A stretch of DNA of 64,000 nt from Mobula hypostoma. Taxonomy: Eukaryota. The stretch covers positions 8,494,001-8,558,000 of the forward strand of contig NC_086108.1 in assembly GCF_963921235.1 (NCBI RefSeq). The letters are read 5' to 3'. Positions 63,234-64,000 of the stretch are shown in pieces (the first letter of the stretch is position 1; every line of letters starts with the position of its first letter). The notes under the pieces are model-generated. The model had not been told where the DNA came from. It saw nothing but the letters and a program-made list of their open reading frames with translations, and searched no databases. Made by a program: the position numbers and the translations under genes.

Positions 63234-64000
63234 ACTGGCCGCATCAGAATCAGATTTAATAGCACCGGCATATGTCCTGATATTTGTCTGGCACCGTCTG
63301 GTACGGAGGGGGGAGGGGGCTACTTCACAGGATCGAAGCAAGCTGCAGAGAGTTGTAAACTTAGTCAGCTCCATCATGGGTACCAGCCTCCGCTCCGTAG
63401 TATCCACAGCATCTTCAAGGAGGCATCCATCATGAAGGACCCCCATCACCCAGGACATGCCCTCTTCTCATTGCTACCATCAGGGAGGAGGTACAGGAGC
63501 CTGAAGGCACACACTCGACGATTCAGGAACAGCTTCTTCCCCTCTGCCATCCGATTTCTGAACAGACACTGAACCCATGAACAGTACCTCACTACTTTTT
63601 TCAATTTCTATTTGATTTAACTATTTTTTGTATTTTTTTATTGAATTTCATCATCAAACAAACATTTCCATAAGATGTATTTCAGATACTGTCCATATAT
63701 ATCATATAGTCATATTTGTCACAAATCTCCACATACTATTTATCTGAGGTATACACTTATAGAGAGGAGAGGAAAGAACGAACAATCGAAAGAAGAAAAC
63801 TATGTACAGAGTAGGGAGTGATCTCTTTTTTACAACATATTCATTGACTTGTGAGAATAAAATGAGGCCTATGAATAAAATTGTTCTAATTTGGGATTAA
63901 CAGATGCTGTTATCTTCTCCATTTTGTAAATGCCTATTTAACTATTTAATTTTTTTAATTATTTAATAAATATACATGCTTACTGTAATTAAGGTTTTTC

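Overview
Repeat-dense vertebrate genomic DNA; the transposon repertoire (CR1, Rex1/Babar, Neptune-type Penelope, Hero, Academ) suggests a cartilaginous fish, which is my inference. I can support one host coding exon: a minus-strand signal-peptide + MANSC exon (17395-17773) of a SPINT2/SPINT1-like Kunitz protease inhibitor, whose later exons appear to lie left of the window. The rest is largely nested mobile DNA: two long CR1 LINEs, many Rex1/Babar 3' fragments, a 3.4-kb Hero element nested in a Rex1 copy, an internally deleted Gypsy LTR element, a Helitron, an AcademX-like element, Penelope fragments with minimal hammerhead ribozymes, several MITEs and four arrays of a LINE-derived 95-bp repeat. 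The most notable observation is a ~118-nt structured RNA in the 3' UTR of all three Hero copies (two divergent families). It carries the hammerhead core nucleotides in a permuted, double-pseudoknot order, with a kink-turn in stem III and a four-way junction in place of stem II, and its helices covary between families. All structures were read by eye and none has been computed or tested.
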